From Candidatus Latescibacterota bacterium (GTDB taxonomy: Bacteria; Latescibacterota; CBDEFO01), in contig OZ252149.1 of the NCBI GenBank assembly GCA_965248755.1, positions 4,476,736 to 4,540,735 on the forward strand: DNA of 64,000 nucleotides, in the 5' to 3' direction. Position numbers and translations under genes: made by a program. Under the pieces are notes generated by a model. The model was not told where the DNA came from. It ran no database searches and saw nothing but the letters and a program-made list of their open reading frames with translations. Below, piece by piece: positions 26,303 to 36,472 of this stretch (its first letter is position 1; every line of letters begins with the position of its first letter).

Positions 26303-28801
26303 CTATACCACTATATTCACAAGTTTCGATCGGGCCCGTTGAACCACTATGATCCTACGTACTTTACTCTTTCCTATGTGACGCTGGACATTAGCATCTC
26401 CAAGAGCCAGTTCCTTCAATTCTTCCTCAGAAATGTCGGCTGTAACCAGAAAGCTGCCGCGCACTTTTCCATTCACCTGCACAGCGGTGGTAACTTTATC
26501 TGCCTTTGCAAGTTCAGGATCGTAGTTGGGCCACTCTAGATCCATGATGCTGCCTTCGTGACCGGTTATTGACCACAACTCTTCAGCTATATGTGGAGCA
26601 AATGGAAAAAGGAGGAGAAGGAAGGCATCCCGGCTCTCTCTATCCAGTTTCCCATTACCTGCGTCCGGAGAATAGACGTAATTTACAAACTCCATAAATC
26701 TACTGATGATAGTGTTCAGCTTGAAGGCTTCAAGGCCTTTTGTTACCTGTTCTATTAGAGCATGCTGCCTCTCGAGCATGGAATCAGAAGGGTCCTCATG
26801 GTTATCCAGATTTGAAAGTACTAGGTGCCATACTCTACTCAAAAAGCGAAAGGTGCCCTCTATTCCCCTATCGTTCCATTCAGAATCCTGGTCAGGTGGA
26901 CCAATGAAGAGATCGTATAATCTAAGGGAATCAGAGCCGTACTTTTCAACCAGTTCATCTGGGCCGACCACATTTCTCCTGGATTTGCTCATCTTGGCTC
27001 CCAGCCTATAGACCATTCCGTTATTAAAAAGATGGGTAAATGGCTCATCGAAGCCTATGTGTCCTAAATCGTACAGGACTTTCGTAAAAAACCTGGCGTA
27101 GAGCAGATGAAGTATGGCGTGTTCCACCCCGCCGATATACATATCTACCGGAAGCCACCTGTCTGCAATCTCTCTATCAAAAGGAGCTTTATCCTCATTC
27201 GGACTTATGTACCTCAAAAAATACCAGCAACTCCCAGCCCACTGAGGCATGGTGTCTGTATCTCGTTTTGCCTCTCCGCCGCACTCTGGACAAGAAGTAT
27301 TAACAAATTCCGGTATGGCAGCCAGGGGTGACTTTCCTGTACCTGACGGCTCGTATTTCTCTACGTCAGGAAGGAGCACAGGAAGGTCTTCCTCCGGCAG
27401 CGGTACCTCACCGCACCTTTCACAATATACTATTGGAATCGGCTCTCCCCAATAGCGTTGTCTTGAGAAGACCCAGTCTCTCATTCTGTAGTTGACGGCC
27501 TCTTGACCGAGGCCCTGCTCTCTGAGCCACGCTGTTATACTATCCCTGCCTTTTTGCCCTTCCAGTCCATCAAACATCCCGGAGTTCACCATAATCCCCT
27601 CCCCCACGAAGGCCTCAGTAAGTTTTCCCTGATCGTCTTTAGTGCTCTGTTTGCTGTGTATCACTTCCACAATTGGAAGGTTGAACTTGGCTGCGAACTC
27701 AAAATCTCTTTGATCGTGGGCAGGAACAGCCATAATGGCTCCCGTCCCGTAAGACATAAGCACGTAATCGGAGATCCAAATCGGTATCTTCTGTCCATTA
27801 ACGGGATTTAGAGCGTACGATCCCGTAAAGACACCCGTCTTCTCGCCTGAGGGCGACGTGCGGTCAATCTCAGAGGTCTTGCACACTTTCTCCACGTACT
27901 CGGATATCTCCTCCTTGCGATCATCCGTTGATAGGACTGACACTAACGGTTGCTCTGGCGCCAGTACCATATACGTAGCTCCAAACAGCGTGTCGGGCCT
28001 CGTAGTAAACACGGGAATCTGATGCTCCGAACCATCCGGAGAAAGACCTTTGAATATCACACGGGCTCCCTGGCTGCGACCGATCCAGTTGGCCTGCATA
28101 ACCTTCACCTTTTCGGGCCACTTTAGCCTTTCCATATCGTAAAGCAGGCGATCTGCGTACGCAGTTATTTTGAGCATCCATTGTTCCATATCCCTCTTTT
28201 CCACTTCACTTCCACACCTCTCACAGCGCCCCCCTACCGCCTCCTCATTGGCCAATCCGGTCTTACAGCTTGGACACCAATTGATAGGAGCCGCAGCTTT
28301 ATACGCCAATCCCTTCTTGTACATCTGAAGGAATATCCACTGGGTCCATTTATAATACTCAGGCGAACTGGTGTCTATCTCCAGATCCCAGTCGTACATC
28401 GTACCCATCTCTTCAAGCTGACGCTTCATATTGCCGATATTTTTGGCTATGCTCTTCTTTGGATGAATTCCTCTTGATATAGCGTCATTCTCCGCTGGAA
28501 GACCGAAAGAATCCCATCCTACCGGGTGAAGGACGTTATAACCACAAAGAGCCTTATACCTGCTCCACACATCGGATATTACATATGGTCTCCAATGGCC
28601 CACGTGCAGAGCGCTCCCCGAGGGATAAGGAAACATATCCAGGCAATAGTAGTTCTTATCCTCGGAATCCAGATTGGTCTTATATCTCCCTGTCTCCTTC
28701 CATATCCTGTGCCACTTTGGTTCTATCTCTCTAAAATTGTAAGGGATTCTCTCCCCAATTGTTCCCGTTGCCCCATTCATCTTTCTATAATCATCCTCCA
28801 T
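26303..28801 (-). CDS. leuS: leucine--tRNA ligase
   Basis: 'MFPYPSG..LHVGH', '[11 protein letters not shown]', editing domain 'FTTRPDT.FG.TY' and '[15 protein letters not shown]', 'SRQRYWG', 'KMSKS'. Confidence 0.97.
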   Translation of the reverse strand: MEDDYRKMNGATGTIGERIPYNFREIEPKWHRIWKETGRYKTNLDSEDKNYYCLDMFPYPSGSALHVGHWRPYVISDVWSRYKALCGYNVLHPVGWDSFGLPAENDAISRGIHPKKSIAKNIGNMKRQLEEMGTMYDWDLEIDTSSPEYYKWTQWIFLQMYKKGLAYKAAAPINWCPSCKTGLANEEAVGGRCERCGSEVEKRDMEQWMLKITAYADRLLYDMERLKWPEKVKVMQANWIGRSQGARVIFKGLSPDGSEHQIPVFTTRPDTLFGATYMVLAPEQPLVSVLSTDDRKEEISEYVEKVCKTSEIDRTSPSGEKTGVFTGSYALNPVNGQKIPIWISDYVLMSYGTGAIMAVPAHDQRDFEFAAKFNLPIVEVIHSKQSTKDDQGKLTEAFVGEGIMVNSGMFDGLEGQKGRDSITAWLREQGLGQEAVNYRMRDWVFSRQRYWGEPIPIVYCERCGEVPLPEEDLPVLLPDVEKYEPSGTGKSPLAAIPEFVNTSCPECGGEAKRDTDTMPQWAGSCWYFLRYISPNEDKAPFDREIADRWLPVDMYIGGVEHAILHLLYARFFTKVLYDLGHIGFDEPFTHLFNNGMVYRLGAKMSKSRRNVVGPDELVEKYGSDSLRLYDLFIGPPDQDSEWNDRGIEGTFRFLSRVWHLVLSNLDNHEDPSDSMLERQHALIEQVTKGLEAFKLNTIISRFMEFVNYVYSPDAGNGKLDRESRDAFLLLLFPFAPHIAEELWSITGHEGSIMDLEWPNYDPELAKADKVTTAVQVNGKVRGSFLVTADISEEELKELALGDANVQRHIGKSKVRRIIVVQRARSKLVNIVV

Positions 28802-28874
28802 ACACGCTACTTAGTTCTAAGTCTGCAATACTTTAGCCGATACGATGCGATCCCAGATTCTGCTGAAAACAATT

Positions 28875-28910
28875 AAAAAAGACTACCGGAAATTGCGATC
28901 CGATAGCCTC
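28875..28910 (-). terminator. intrinsic terminator after pnp
   Basis: Minus strand GGCTATCGGA-loop-TCCGGTAGTC-TTTTTT. Confidence 0.7.
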
Positions 28911-28931
28911 TCAATGCTGCAGTTAGAACGC

Positions 28932-31094
28932 TTAGTTTGACGGCTTTGTAGGCTGCCTTTGATACCAGCGGGGTTTATCCGATCTCCCATCACCGCTCTC
29001 TGTCTCTGTGTCTTTCCTGTCCATAGTTGCTTTTCTACTCAGCTTGATCTTCCCCTGACCATCTATTCCTATAACCTTGACTGTGACGTTGTCTCCCACG
29101 TTGAGGACGTCCTCTACCTTATCCACTCTGTGGTATTCCAGCTCAGATATGTGCACCAACCCATCCTTGCCCGGAAGTATCTCCACAAAAGCGCCGAAAT
29201 CCATAATCCTTTTGACTTTGCCATCATATATCTTGCCGACCTCTGCCTCCTGGACCAAATTCTCCACCATCTGCACTGCCTTTTCTCCCATCGCTTTATC
29301 CACAGATGCTATAACTACTCTTCCATCGTCGTCAACGCTTATCTTAGCCCCTGTAACTTCCTCCATCTCTCGTATAGTACTCCCCTTTGGTCCTATTATG
29401 ATCCCTATCTGAGATTGCTTTATGTCTACTGTCGTGATCATCGGAGCGTAAGGCGACAGATCGGGACGTGCTTGTGAGAGGCTTGCATCCATAATGTCGA
29501 GTACCTTATGAAGGTCCTGCCCTGCCCTTTCCAATGCCTCCTGCATAATATCAAAGCTTATGCCTTCTATCTTGATATCCATCTGTATGGCTGTGATCCC
29601 GTCCCTGGTTCCTGCCACTTTCAAATCCATGTCTCCCCAGTGATCTTCAGCTCCCATAATGTCAGAAAGAATGCAGGCTCTGTCCCCCTCCTTTATCGAA
29701 CCGATCCCGACACCTGCCACAGCTCCCTTCACAGGCACTCCCGCATCCATAAGCGACAAGCTTCCCGCGCATACAGTAGCCATAGACGACGAACTGTTCG
29801 ACTCTAAAATCTCTGAAACTACCCTTATCGTATAAATGAAATCTTCCTGAGGCGGTATCATAGGCTCGATCGCCTTCTCAGCCAAGGCCCCGTGCCCTAT
29901 GTCCCTCCTGCTTGGTCCCAATATCCGCTTAACTTCTCCAGTGCAAAATGGCGGGAAGTTGTAATCGAGCATATACCGTTTAAACGATTTTCCCTCTAAA
30001 TCATCCACCATGCGTTCATCCAGCTTCGTGCCCAGCGTCGTCACAGCCAGACTCTGAGTCTCACCCCTTGTAAAGAGGGCAGATCCGTGAACCCTTGGTA
30101 GGACGCCTACTTCGCAGGTTATGGGTCTTATCTCATCAGAGGCCCTCCCATCAATTCTCTTGCCATCAGATATGACCATCTGTCTCATATCGGTCCTTTC
30201 AATTTCCTCAAGGACCTCAGCTATCTCTTTTTCCTTTTCGGGGAATCTCTCGGACAACTTCTCCATAACATCCGTCTCTAGCTGTCCCAGCGCCGCACTC
30301 CTGTCTTCTTTATCAACGCCTCTATTGGCTTCCTTGATCCTGATTGCAGCAAGTTCCTCAACGGCGTCTTTAAGACCTGGGATCTCATCCTTTTGCCGAA
30401 TCTCTCTCTTTGGGACGCTGGGCGCCGCTGCTATGAGCCTTTCTTGGAGCTCTATAATCTCTCTTATAGCCTCGTGCCCGAACTTCAGCGCCTCAAGCAT
30501 GTCCTTATCAGAAATTTCCAGCGCAGAACCTTCCACACTCATAATGGTATCCTTTTTACCCCCGACTACCAGATCTATATCGCTGTTTTCCAACTGAGAC
30601 ATCGTCGGATTGATTATGAGTTGGCCGTCCACTCTTCCGACCCTGACTGCTCCGCTGGGACCCATAAACGGTATATCAGATATACAAAGAGCCGCAGAAG
30701 CCCCTATCATTCCCAAAACATCCGCGTCGTTTTCCTTATCGTAGGACAGAACCATTACTATAATTTGAGTTTCACATTTGAACTCCCCGGGAAAAAGCGG
30801 GCGTATTTGATGGTCTATCATTCTGGCGCTTAGTACCTCCTGATCCAGGGGGCGCGCTTCTCTCCTTCCTATATTGCCCGGTATCGTACCCGTCGAATAC
30901 TTCTTCTCTCTGTACTCCACCTGAAGAGGGAAAAAGTCCTTTTCCAGCTCTTCTTCTTTAGAAGCCACGGCGGTAGCCAATATTACTGTGTCTCCGTATC
31001 CTACTATCACAGCTCCATCGGCCTGTTTAGCCACTTTCCCGGTCTCTATATACAGATTTAGCCCGCCCAGCGTCATCTCCACCTTTTCTATCAT
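28932..31094 (-). CDS. pnp: polyribonucleotide nucleotidyltransferase
   Basis: 'ETGKVAKQADGA', 'FFPL.V.Y.E', 'RIDGR...EIRPI', 'HGSALFTRGETQ', 'GDMD.KVAGT..GITA.QMDIK', KH and S1 domains. Confidence 0.97.
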   Translation of the reverse strand: MIEKVEMTLGGLNLYIETGKVAKQADGAVIVGYGDTVILATAVASKEEELEKDFFPLQVEYREKKYSTGTIPGNIGRREARPLDQEVLSARMIDHQIRPLFPGEFKCETQIIVMVLSYDKENDADVLGMIGASAALCISDIPFMGPSGAVRVGRVDGQLIINPTMSQLENSDIDLVVGGKKDTIMSVEGSALEISDKDMLEALKFGHEAIREIIELQERLIAAAPSVPKREIRQKDEIPGLKDAVEELAAIRIKEANRGVDKEDRSAALGQLETDVMEKLSERFPEKEKEIAEVLEEIERTDMRQMVISDGKRIDGRASDEIRPITCEVGVLPRVHGSALFTRGETQSLAVTTLGTKLDERMVDDLEGKSFKRYMLDYNFPPFCTGEVKRILGPSRRDIGHGALAEKAIEPMIPPQEDFIYTIRVVSEILESNSSSSMATVCAGSLSLMDAGVPVKGAVAGVGIGSIKEGDRACILSDIMGAEDHWGDMDLKVAGTRDGITAIQMDIKIEGISFDIMQEALERAGQDLHKVLDIMDASLSQARPDLSPYAPMITTVDIKQSQIGIIIGPKGSTIREMEEVTGAKISVDDDGRVVIASVDKAMGEKAVQMVENLVQEAEVGKIYDGKVKRIMDFGAFVEILPGKDGLVHISELEYHRVDKVEDVLNVGDNVTVKVIGIDGQGKIKLSRKATMDRKDTETESGDGRSDKPRWYQRQPTKPSN

Positions 31095-31148
31095 TATTCT
31101 TACCTCCCTTAAAACCTTACTTTTGAAGTCGATTCTTTCTATCTTCGC

Positions 31149-31418
31149 TTATCGCCGCAGCCCTAATTCCTTAATTAGATCCCTGTATCTGCCCACGTCC
31201 TTCTTATCTAGATACCTCAGTAATCTCCTTCTTTTGCCCACCATCTTTAATAGACCTAAACGCGAGTGATGGTCTTTCTTGTGGGTCTGCAGGTGCTCCG
31301 TCATATACGCTATTCTATCTGTCAGTAAGGAAATCTGCACCTCAGGCGATCCTGTATCGCCTTTGCCTCTTCCGAATTGTTTTACCAGCTGCTCTTTTCT
31401 CTCACCGGTTAATGCCAA
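31149..31418 (-). CDS. rpsO: 30S ribosomal protein S15
   Basis: '[39 protein letters not shown]'. Confidence 0.98.
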   Translation of the reverse strand: MALTGERKEQLVKQFGRGKGDTGSPEVQISLLTDRIAYMTEHLQTHKKDHHSRLGLLKMVGKRRRLLRYLDKKDVGRYRDLIKELGLRR

Positions 31419-31441
31419 AGTTGTACCTCCCTATTTGACAA

Positions 31442-31497
31442 GTAGACAGTGGTCACTAATTAGCAGACAGGGAATCCCTGCCTCTCCACTGGTCTAC
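31442..31497 (-). promoter_or_regulatory. candidate structured rpsO leader (S15 autoregulatory RNA)
   Basis: GUAGACCAGUGG...CCACUGUCUAC closing stem enclosing a GGCAGGGA-U-UCCCUGUC hairpin, immediately 5' of the GGGAGG RBS of rpsO. Confidence 0.5.
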
Positions 31498-32421
31498 ATT
31501 TAGAATCTCCTCTCCTATTTCTTTATCTTTTTCGATCTGCTTTGCAAGTTGCTCTGCCGAACCGAATTTCATCTCATCTCTTATCTTTTCTAGAACCTCC
31601 ACTTTCAATGTCTGGCCATAAAGATCGCTTTCAAATCCGATAATATGTACCTCCACCACGTGTTCCTTACCTCCGAAACTCGGTCTGTATCCTATATTCA
31701 TCACTCCCTTATATCGGCGGCCCGACGCTTCCGTCCAAACGGCGTAGACGCCATCCGGCGGAATTAGCTTCCAAGGATCAACTATTCGTATATTGGCTGT
31801 TGGAAATCCCAATTGTTTGCCCCTGCTCTCACCCTTAACCACTTCTCCGCTAAAACTGTAGTTGCGCCCCAGAAGCTTAGAGGCTAACCTCATATTTCCC
31901 GATGAGATTAGCTTTCGAATCCTTGTGCTGCTTATCCTGTCACCATCTACTATTTGGGGGGGGACCACCTCTACCTCAAACCCTAATTCCTGGCCTAACT
32001 GTTCCAGCATATCTGTATCGCCTGATCTTCCCCTTCCGAATCCGTGATCGTGACCGATAATGAATCTACTCACACCTAATCTGCTCAACAGTATCCTTTC
32101 TACAAAGTCCTTCGGACTAAGAAGAGAGAAATCTCGAGTAAAGGAAAGGATCACGAAAGTATGTATGCCGATCTTTTCTATAATTTCGAGTTTTTCCTCC
32201 TTTGTAGTCAGAATGGGCGAGGCCGTCTTGGGATTCAGGACAGTCTGAGGATGCGGTTCAAAAGAAAGCGCTATACTTTCCCTCTTCAACTCTTGTGCCC
32301 TTGTCTGCACGGTGGACAGTACGGACACGTGACCCCTGTGAACACCATCAAACGTTCCGACTGTCACTACAGGCCGCGACAACTTGTGGCAAAATTCCTC
32401 TATATCTTCAATTATTTTCAT
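31456..32421 (-). CDS. ribF: bifunctional riboflavin kinase / FAD synthetase
   Basis: 'GTFDGVHRGH', 'FEPHP', 'GHDH.FG', 'ISSTRIR', 'G..LGFPTAN', 'GVYAV', 'E.HI..F..DLYG'. Confidence 0.96.
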   Translation of the reverse strand: MKIIEDIEEFCHKLSRPVVTVGTFDGVHRGHVSVLSTVQTRAQELKRESIALSFEPHPQTVLNPKTASPILTTKEEKLEIIEKIGIHTFVILSFTRDFSLLSPKDFVERILLSRLGVSRFIIGHDHGFGRGRSGDTDMLEQLGQELGFEVEVVPPQIVDGDRISSTRIRKLISSGNMRLASKLLGRNYSFSGEVVKGESRGKQLGFPTANIRIVDPWKLIPPDGVYAVWTEASGRRYKGVMNIGYRPSFGGKEHVVEVHIIGFESDLYGQTLKVEVLEKIRDEMKFGSAEQLAKQIEKDKEIGEEILNVDQWRGRDSLSAN

Positions 32422-32424
32422 CTA

Positions 32425-33366
32425 CTACGCCCTTAACGCTGGGCCTAATACTGATTCCCCCCTTCGGCTGTAGAAAACCTTAATCGGTTTGAGGGAGTCC
32501 GAAGCTCTATCGAAAGCGCCTATTCCGATAAGCTTTCCACGCCTATCTTCCACTCTTATTCTTTCCAGATTTGTATTTTTCTGCGAATATGTAACTGGAA
32601 CTCCATTGCAGAAGCGGAAGACATCTTCCACTACAAGCGTCAGGACCGGCATATGTTGTAAGGATTCGCTTATACTTATGACCCGCTCTCCAATCCTACC
32701 TTTCTTTGCGCATTCCTCGATCTGTTCCATCCTCATTGCGTCCTTTAAGTGGAAGGGTCCCGACCTGATCCTCTTTAAAGATCCTACGTAGGCGCCAGTT
32801 CCCAATTCTTTGCCTATATCGTTTACAAGCGACCTTATGTAAGTTCCTCTCGAACATACAACATTCAAGGTCAAATGTGGTGTTTCGTAGCTCTCGGTCA
32901 GGATCGAATCGATTCTGACTCTCCTTACTTGTGCTTCTACCTTTTCTCCTCTCCTTGCCGACTTGTAAAGCCTTTCACCATTCACCTTAAGGGCCGAAAA
33001 TGCGGGAGGAACCTGCTCTATCTCGCCCTTGAATTTCTTACAAACTGTTTCTATATCCTGCAAGTCCACCCGTATATGCTGGATACTATCTATTATCTTA
33101 CCCTCTGAGTCAAACGTGTCAGTGGATTTGCCTATCACAGCGACTACTGAGTATTCCTTATTTTCCTCCGGGAGAAACTGGATTATCTTAGTGGCTTTGC
33201 CTAGGCATACAACCAGAACGCCGGTGGCTATAGGGTCTAAAGTTCCCGTGTGTCCTACCTTCCTGATTTTAAAGATATCCCTTATCTGATCTACGACGTC
33301 GTGCGAAGTTGGGCCGGCTATTTTGTCCACTATTAATATTCCATCAATGTTTTCCTCCAACATCAT
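32425..33366 (-). CDS. truB: tRNA pseudouridine(55) synthase
   Basis: 'TSHDVV', 'KVGHTGTLDPIATGVL', 'Q.PP.FSALKV.G.RLY', 'CS.GTYIRSL'. Confidence 0.96.
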   Translation of the reverse strand: MMLEENIDGILIVDKIAGPTSHDVVDQIRDIFKIRKVGHTGTLDPIATGVLVVCLGKATKIIQFLPEENKEYSVVAVIGKSTDTFDSEGKIIDSIQHIRVDLQDIETVCKKFKGEIEQVPPAFSALKVNGERLYKSARRGEKVEAQVRRVRIDSILTESYETPHLTLNVVCSRGTYIRSLVNDIGKELGTGAYVGSLKRIRSGPFHLKDAMRMEQIEECAKKGRIGERVISISESLQHMPVLTLVVEDVFRFCNGVPVTYSQKNTNLERIRVEDRRGKLIGIGAFDRASDSLKPIKVFYSRRGESVLGPALRA

Positions 33367-33373
33367 ATCTCCC

Positions 33374-33496
33374 GCAGAAATGGTAGACAGCAGCCCTTAG
33401 CTGGAATACAGGGCTGACTCCTAAGCGGCCAATTATGAACAGCAAGCAACACCCATTAACAGTACGGGAACGGATGCTCTGGCTACCGTCTACTGC
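33374..33496 (-). ncRNA. candidate structured intergenic RNA between rbfA and truB
   Basis: Minus-strand 13-bp closing stem GUAGACGGUAGCC/GGCUGCUGUCUAC enclosing hairpins AGCAUCCGUU/AAUGGGUGUU and CUUAG/CUAAG; the G-U wobbles pair only on the minus strand. Confidence 0.45.
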
Positions 33497-33502
33497 AGTT
33501 TG

Positions 33503-33838
33503 TCATAGCTCTCTCAGAATCTTATCTATCCTTGTCCCGCTTTCTATTGAGATGTCATGATGGAACGTAAGTTCCGGAACGTGCCTTAGCCTTATACTCC
33601 CGCCCAGTTCTGCCCTGATAAAGCCCGATGCCTTTTTCAATATGCTCAGATGCTCATCTATATCCTTGCCGTCCATGAGGCTTATGTAGATCTTAGCCTG
33701 ACTCAGATCGTTCGAGACCTTGATATCTGTCACAGTTATGAAACCTATTCTCGGGTCCTTCAACTTGTTGAGTATTATATCGCTAAGTTCTCTCAAAAGA
33801 GCAGCGTTAATAGTGTCGCGTCTGTAATGCACTTTCAC
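33503..33838 (-). CDS. rbfA: ribosome-binding factor A
   Basis: 'LKDPR.GF.TVT....S.DLS.AKIY', 'ASGFIR.EL...LRHVPEL.F..D.S.E.G..I'. Confidence 0.95.
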   Translation of the reverse strand: MKVHYRRDTINAALLRELSDIILNKLKDPRIGFITVTDIKVSNDLSQAKIYISLMDGKDIDEHLSILKKASGFIRAELGGSIRLRHVPELTFHHDISIESGTRIDKILREL

Positions 33839-34125
33839 TTCACCTCAAAGTTATGATCTAGAAGCTCCACCTGGGTCTCCCTTTCAATATCCCTTATCAC
33901 CTTGGAGAGGACCTCGTTCGCATTGTTCGTCTCGTTAGCTGCCACGGCAAAGCCTAAAACTGACCTTTGCCAGAGATCGTTCCCATCCATCTCGGCAACA
34001 GATATGTTAAACTTGTTTATAAGTCTGGTTGTCAGACTCTTCAGAAGATGTCTTTTAGTTTTGCGCGAGCTGCTCTCCGGGAAGAATATATCTGCTGTGC
34101 ACGAAACTATTGTCATGGATCCCAA
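33835..34125 (-). CDS. DUF503 (YlxP-like) protein
   Basis: 'S.K.KR....SL...L.NKFNISVAE....DLWQRS.LG.A'; usual position between infB and rbfA. Confidence 0.88.
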   Translation of the reverse strand: MGSMTIVSCTADIFFPESSSRKTKRHLLKSLTTRLINKFNISVAEMDGNDLWQRSVLGFAVAANETNNANEVLSKVIRDIERETQVELLDHNFEVK

Positions 34126-34127
34126 GC

Positions 34128-36407
34128 CTATAGGCTCCTTGCAACCTCCACTACCTCATAGGCCTCTATAACATCGCCTGCCTTTATATCGTTGTAGCCC
34201 TCTATCGTCATGCCGCACTCGTAACCTGACGCCACCTCTCTGGCGTCGTCCTTAAACCTCTTGAGAGAGCTAAGCTTGCTTTCATATATCGTGACACCAT
34301 CCCTTATTAACCGCACGGCAGAGCCTCTTTTGATCGTTCCTGAATTTACGAAGCAGCCGGCTATCGTCCCGACTTTAGATACGTTGAAGATCTGGCGCAC
34401 CTCTGCTGCCCCTATTATCTCCTCAGTCAAGTCGGGCGATAGGAGCCCCAGCAAAGCTGCTTTGACATCTTCTAACGCCTCGTAGATAACTCTGTAGGAC
34501 CTTATGTCCACCTTCTCCTGTGCTGCAAGTTCCATGGCTCTGGGCTCTGGCCTGACGTGAAAACCGATAATTATGGCCTCAGACGCAGAGGCTAAAAGAG
34601 TGTCCGACTCCGTTATGGCTCCTACGCCCTTATGTATAATATTCACCCTTACTTCCTCTTGTCCATCCTTATCCCCCCCTAATTGCATCAGAGATTCACA
34701 TAGAGCCTCCACTGAACCATCTACGTCCCCTTTGACGATAAGGTTCAGATCTTTGACCTGTCCCTCCTGGATCCGTCCGTGTAAATCAGCCAGGCCTATT
34801 TTCCTGATTTTCCTGTAATCCTGCTCCCTCTTAAGTTGCTGTCGCTTCCGGCTTATTTCTCTGGTTTCTCTTTCGGAGGAGAGCACCGCAAAGGAGTCGC
34901 CTGCCTGGGGCATTCCATCTACCCTGAAGATTTGAACGGGCATAGATGGTCCGGCCTTTTCGACTCGGCGCCCACGTTCATCCATCATCGCCCTTACGGA
35001 TCCGCTGTAAATACCTGTTACAAATGTATCTCCAACGTCCAGTGTCCCGGACTGGACGAGTACAGTAGCAACAGGTCCCTTTCCCGGGTCCAATTTGGAT
35101 TCGATTATCGTCCCTTTAGCTTTCTTATCAGGATCAGCCGTAAGTTCCAGTACTTCAGCCTCCAGCACAAGGGTTTCCAAGAGCTTATCCACATTCTCTC
35201 CCGTTTTGGCTGAAATCTGGATGCAGCTTATCTTCCCACCCCAGTCTTCGACTAACACTCCGTGCTCGGATAGTTGTCTCTTTATCTTTTCAGGGTCGGC
35301 CTGCGGGCGGTCAATCTTGTTTATGGCCACTACAATTGGAACTTCAGCTGCTCTTGCGTGGTCTATAGCTTCTATCGTCTGAGGCATCACGTCATCGTCG
35401 GCTGCCACTACAAGGACTACGATGTCTGTTATCTTTGCACCTCGTGCCCTCATTGCCGTGAAGGCCTCGTGCCCCGGTGTATCCAGAAATGTTACCTTGT
35501 TTCCATCTTCTAATTCCACCTCGTGCGCACCAATGTGCTGAGTTATACCTCCTACTTCACCCGCTATTACATTACTCTTTCTTATATTGTCCAGAAGTGA
35601 GGTTTTGCCGTGATCTACGTGTCCCATAATAGTCACAACCGGCGGTCTGGGAGCTAATCTCTCTTCCTCCTCTACTTCCTCCTCTAATATATCTTCCCCA
35701 TATTCTGATAGAGGCTCGACCTCAAAATCGAACTCGTCCGCTAACATTACTATAGTGTCCATATCCAAACGCTGATTTATGGTCACCATTAACCCCATGC
35801 TCAAGGATTTGGATATAACGTCTGTCGGCTTTACTCCCATTTGCCCGGCAAGTTCTGCAACAGATACGAATTCACTAACTCTCAGAACATTTTCCTCTTC
35901 ATCTGCTATCGTCGTGTCTTTATCCGCTCGATCTCTGTATCTTTTTCTCGTTTGCCTCGATCCGACCTCCAACTGTGCCAAGGTTCTACGGACGCTCGCT
36001 TCAACCTCTCTCCGATCTGTCTCGCGCCGCTTCCGTTTGGGACGTTTTTTCCTGTCCTTTTTAATCGTGGGCCTTGTAGTCGCAGGCTGCACCGTAGTCG
36101 CAGGCTGCACCGTAGGCACGAATGATCCTTTCTTGTTTTGTCCCCTTCTTTTGCGATCCTGGCGCGAAAGCTGTGCCTCTTGCTCTTGTTTTTTCCTCTC
36201 CTCAGCTCCTGTTTTCTCCTTTTTAATCTTTTGTCTGAAGGTCTCCTTCTCCTCCTCAAACTTCTTTCTTATACTCTCCAACATCTGCTCATCGGCAGAA
36301 CTCATGTGGCTCTTTACGTCATAGCCCAGATCTCTTACTATAGCCAACATTGCCTGGCTTGAGACATCATATTCTTTTGCTACATCGTATATTCTCTTAT
36401 TTGTCAT
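34128..36407 (-). CDS. infB: translation initiation factor IF-2
   Basis: '[20 protein letters not shown]', 'GGITQHIGA', '[16 protein letters not shown]', 'NKID', 'K.DV.GS.EA', '[14 protein letters not shown]'. Confidence 0.98.
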   Translation of the reverse strand: MTNKRIYDVAKEYDVSSQAMLAIVRDLGYDVKSHMSSADEQMLESIRKKFEEEKETFRQKIKKEKTGAEERKKQEQEAQLSRQDRKRRGQNKKGSFVPTVQPATTVQPATTRPTIKKDRKKRPKRKRRETDRREVEASVRRTLAQLEVGSRQTRKRYRDRADKDTTIADEEENVLRVSEFVSVAELAGQMGVKPTDVISKSLSMGLMVTINQRLDMDTIVMLADEFDFEVEPLSEYGEDILEEEVEEEERLAPRPPVVTIMGHVDHGKTSLLDNIRKSNVIAGEVGGITQHIGAHEVELEDGNKVTFLDTPGHEAFTAMRARGAKITDIVVLVVAADDDVMPQTIEAIDHARAAEVPIVVAINKIDRPQADPEKIKRQLSEHGVLVEDWGGKISCIQISAKTGENVDKLLETLVLEAEVLELTADPDKKAKGTIIESKLDPGKGPVATVLVQSGTLDVGDTFVTGIYSGSVRAMMDERGRRVEKAGPSMPVQIFRVDGMPQAGDSFAVLSSERETREISRKRQQLKREQDYRKIRKIGLADLHGRIQEGQVKDLNLIVKGDVDGSVEALCESLMQLGGDKDGQEEVRVNIIHKGVGAITESDTLLASASEAIIIGFHVRPEPRAMELAAQEKVDIRSYRVIYEALEDVKAALLGLLSPDLTEEIIGAAEVRQIFNVSKVGTIAGCFVNSGTIKRGSAVRLIRDGVTIYESKLSSLKRFKDDAREVASGYECGMTIEGYNDIKAGDVIEAYEVVEVARSL
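36076..36115. repeat. 18-bp in-frame tandem repeat within the infB N-domain (TVQPAT x2)
   Basis: GTAGTCGCAGGCTGCACC present twice exactly. Confidence 0.9.
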
Positions 36408-36472
36408 TAATGATCCCTTTTGGGATTTTCAAAGCCGCACCGAACAGAAGTTTGAATTGTCTTTACTCAAGT

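Larger units (their letters stand above)
25296..26460. repeat. diverged ~586-bp tandem duplication (leuS 3' end + intergenic + HTH gene 5' part)
   Basis: Matching blocks offset by 586 bp, e.g. CTGAACTCAGAGACACACTTACTATACCACTATATTCACAAG at 25696 and 26282; junction near 25874. Confidence 0.92.

Noticed and set aside
25296..26460. CRISPR array or prophage att site
   Set aside because: Only two long diverged units, no repeat-spacer periodicity, and no integrase or phage genes.
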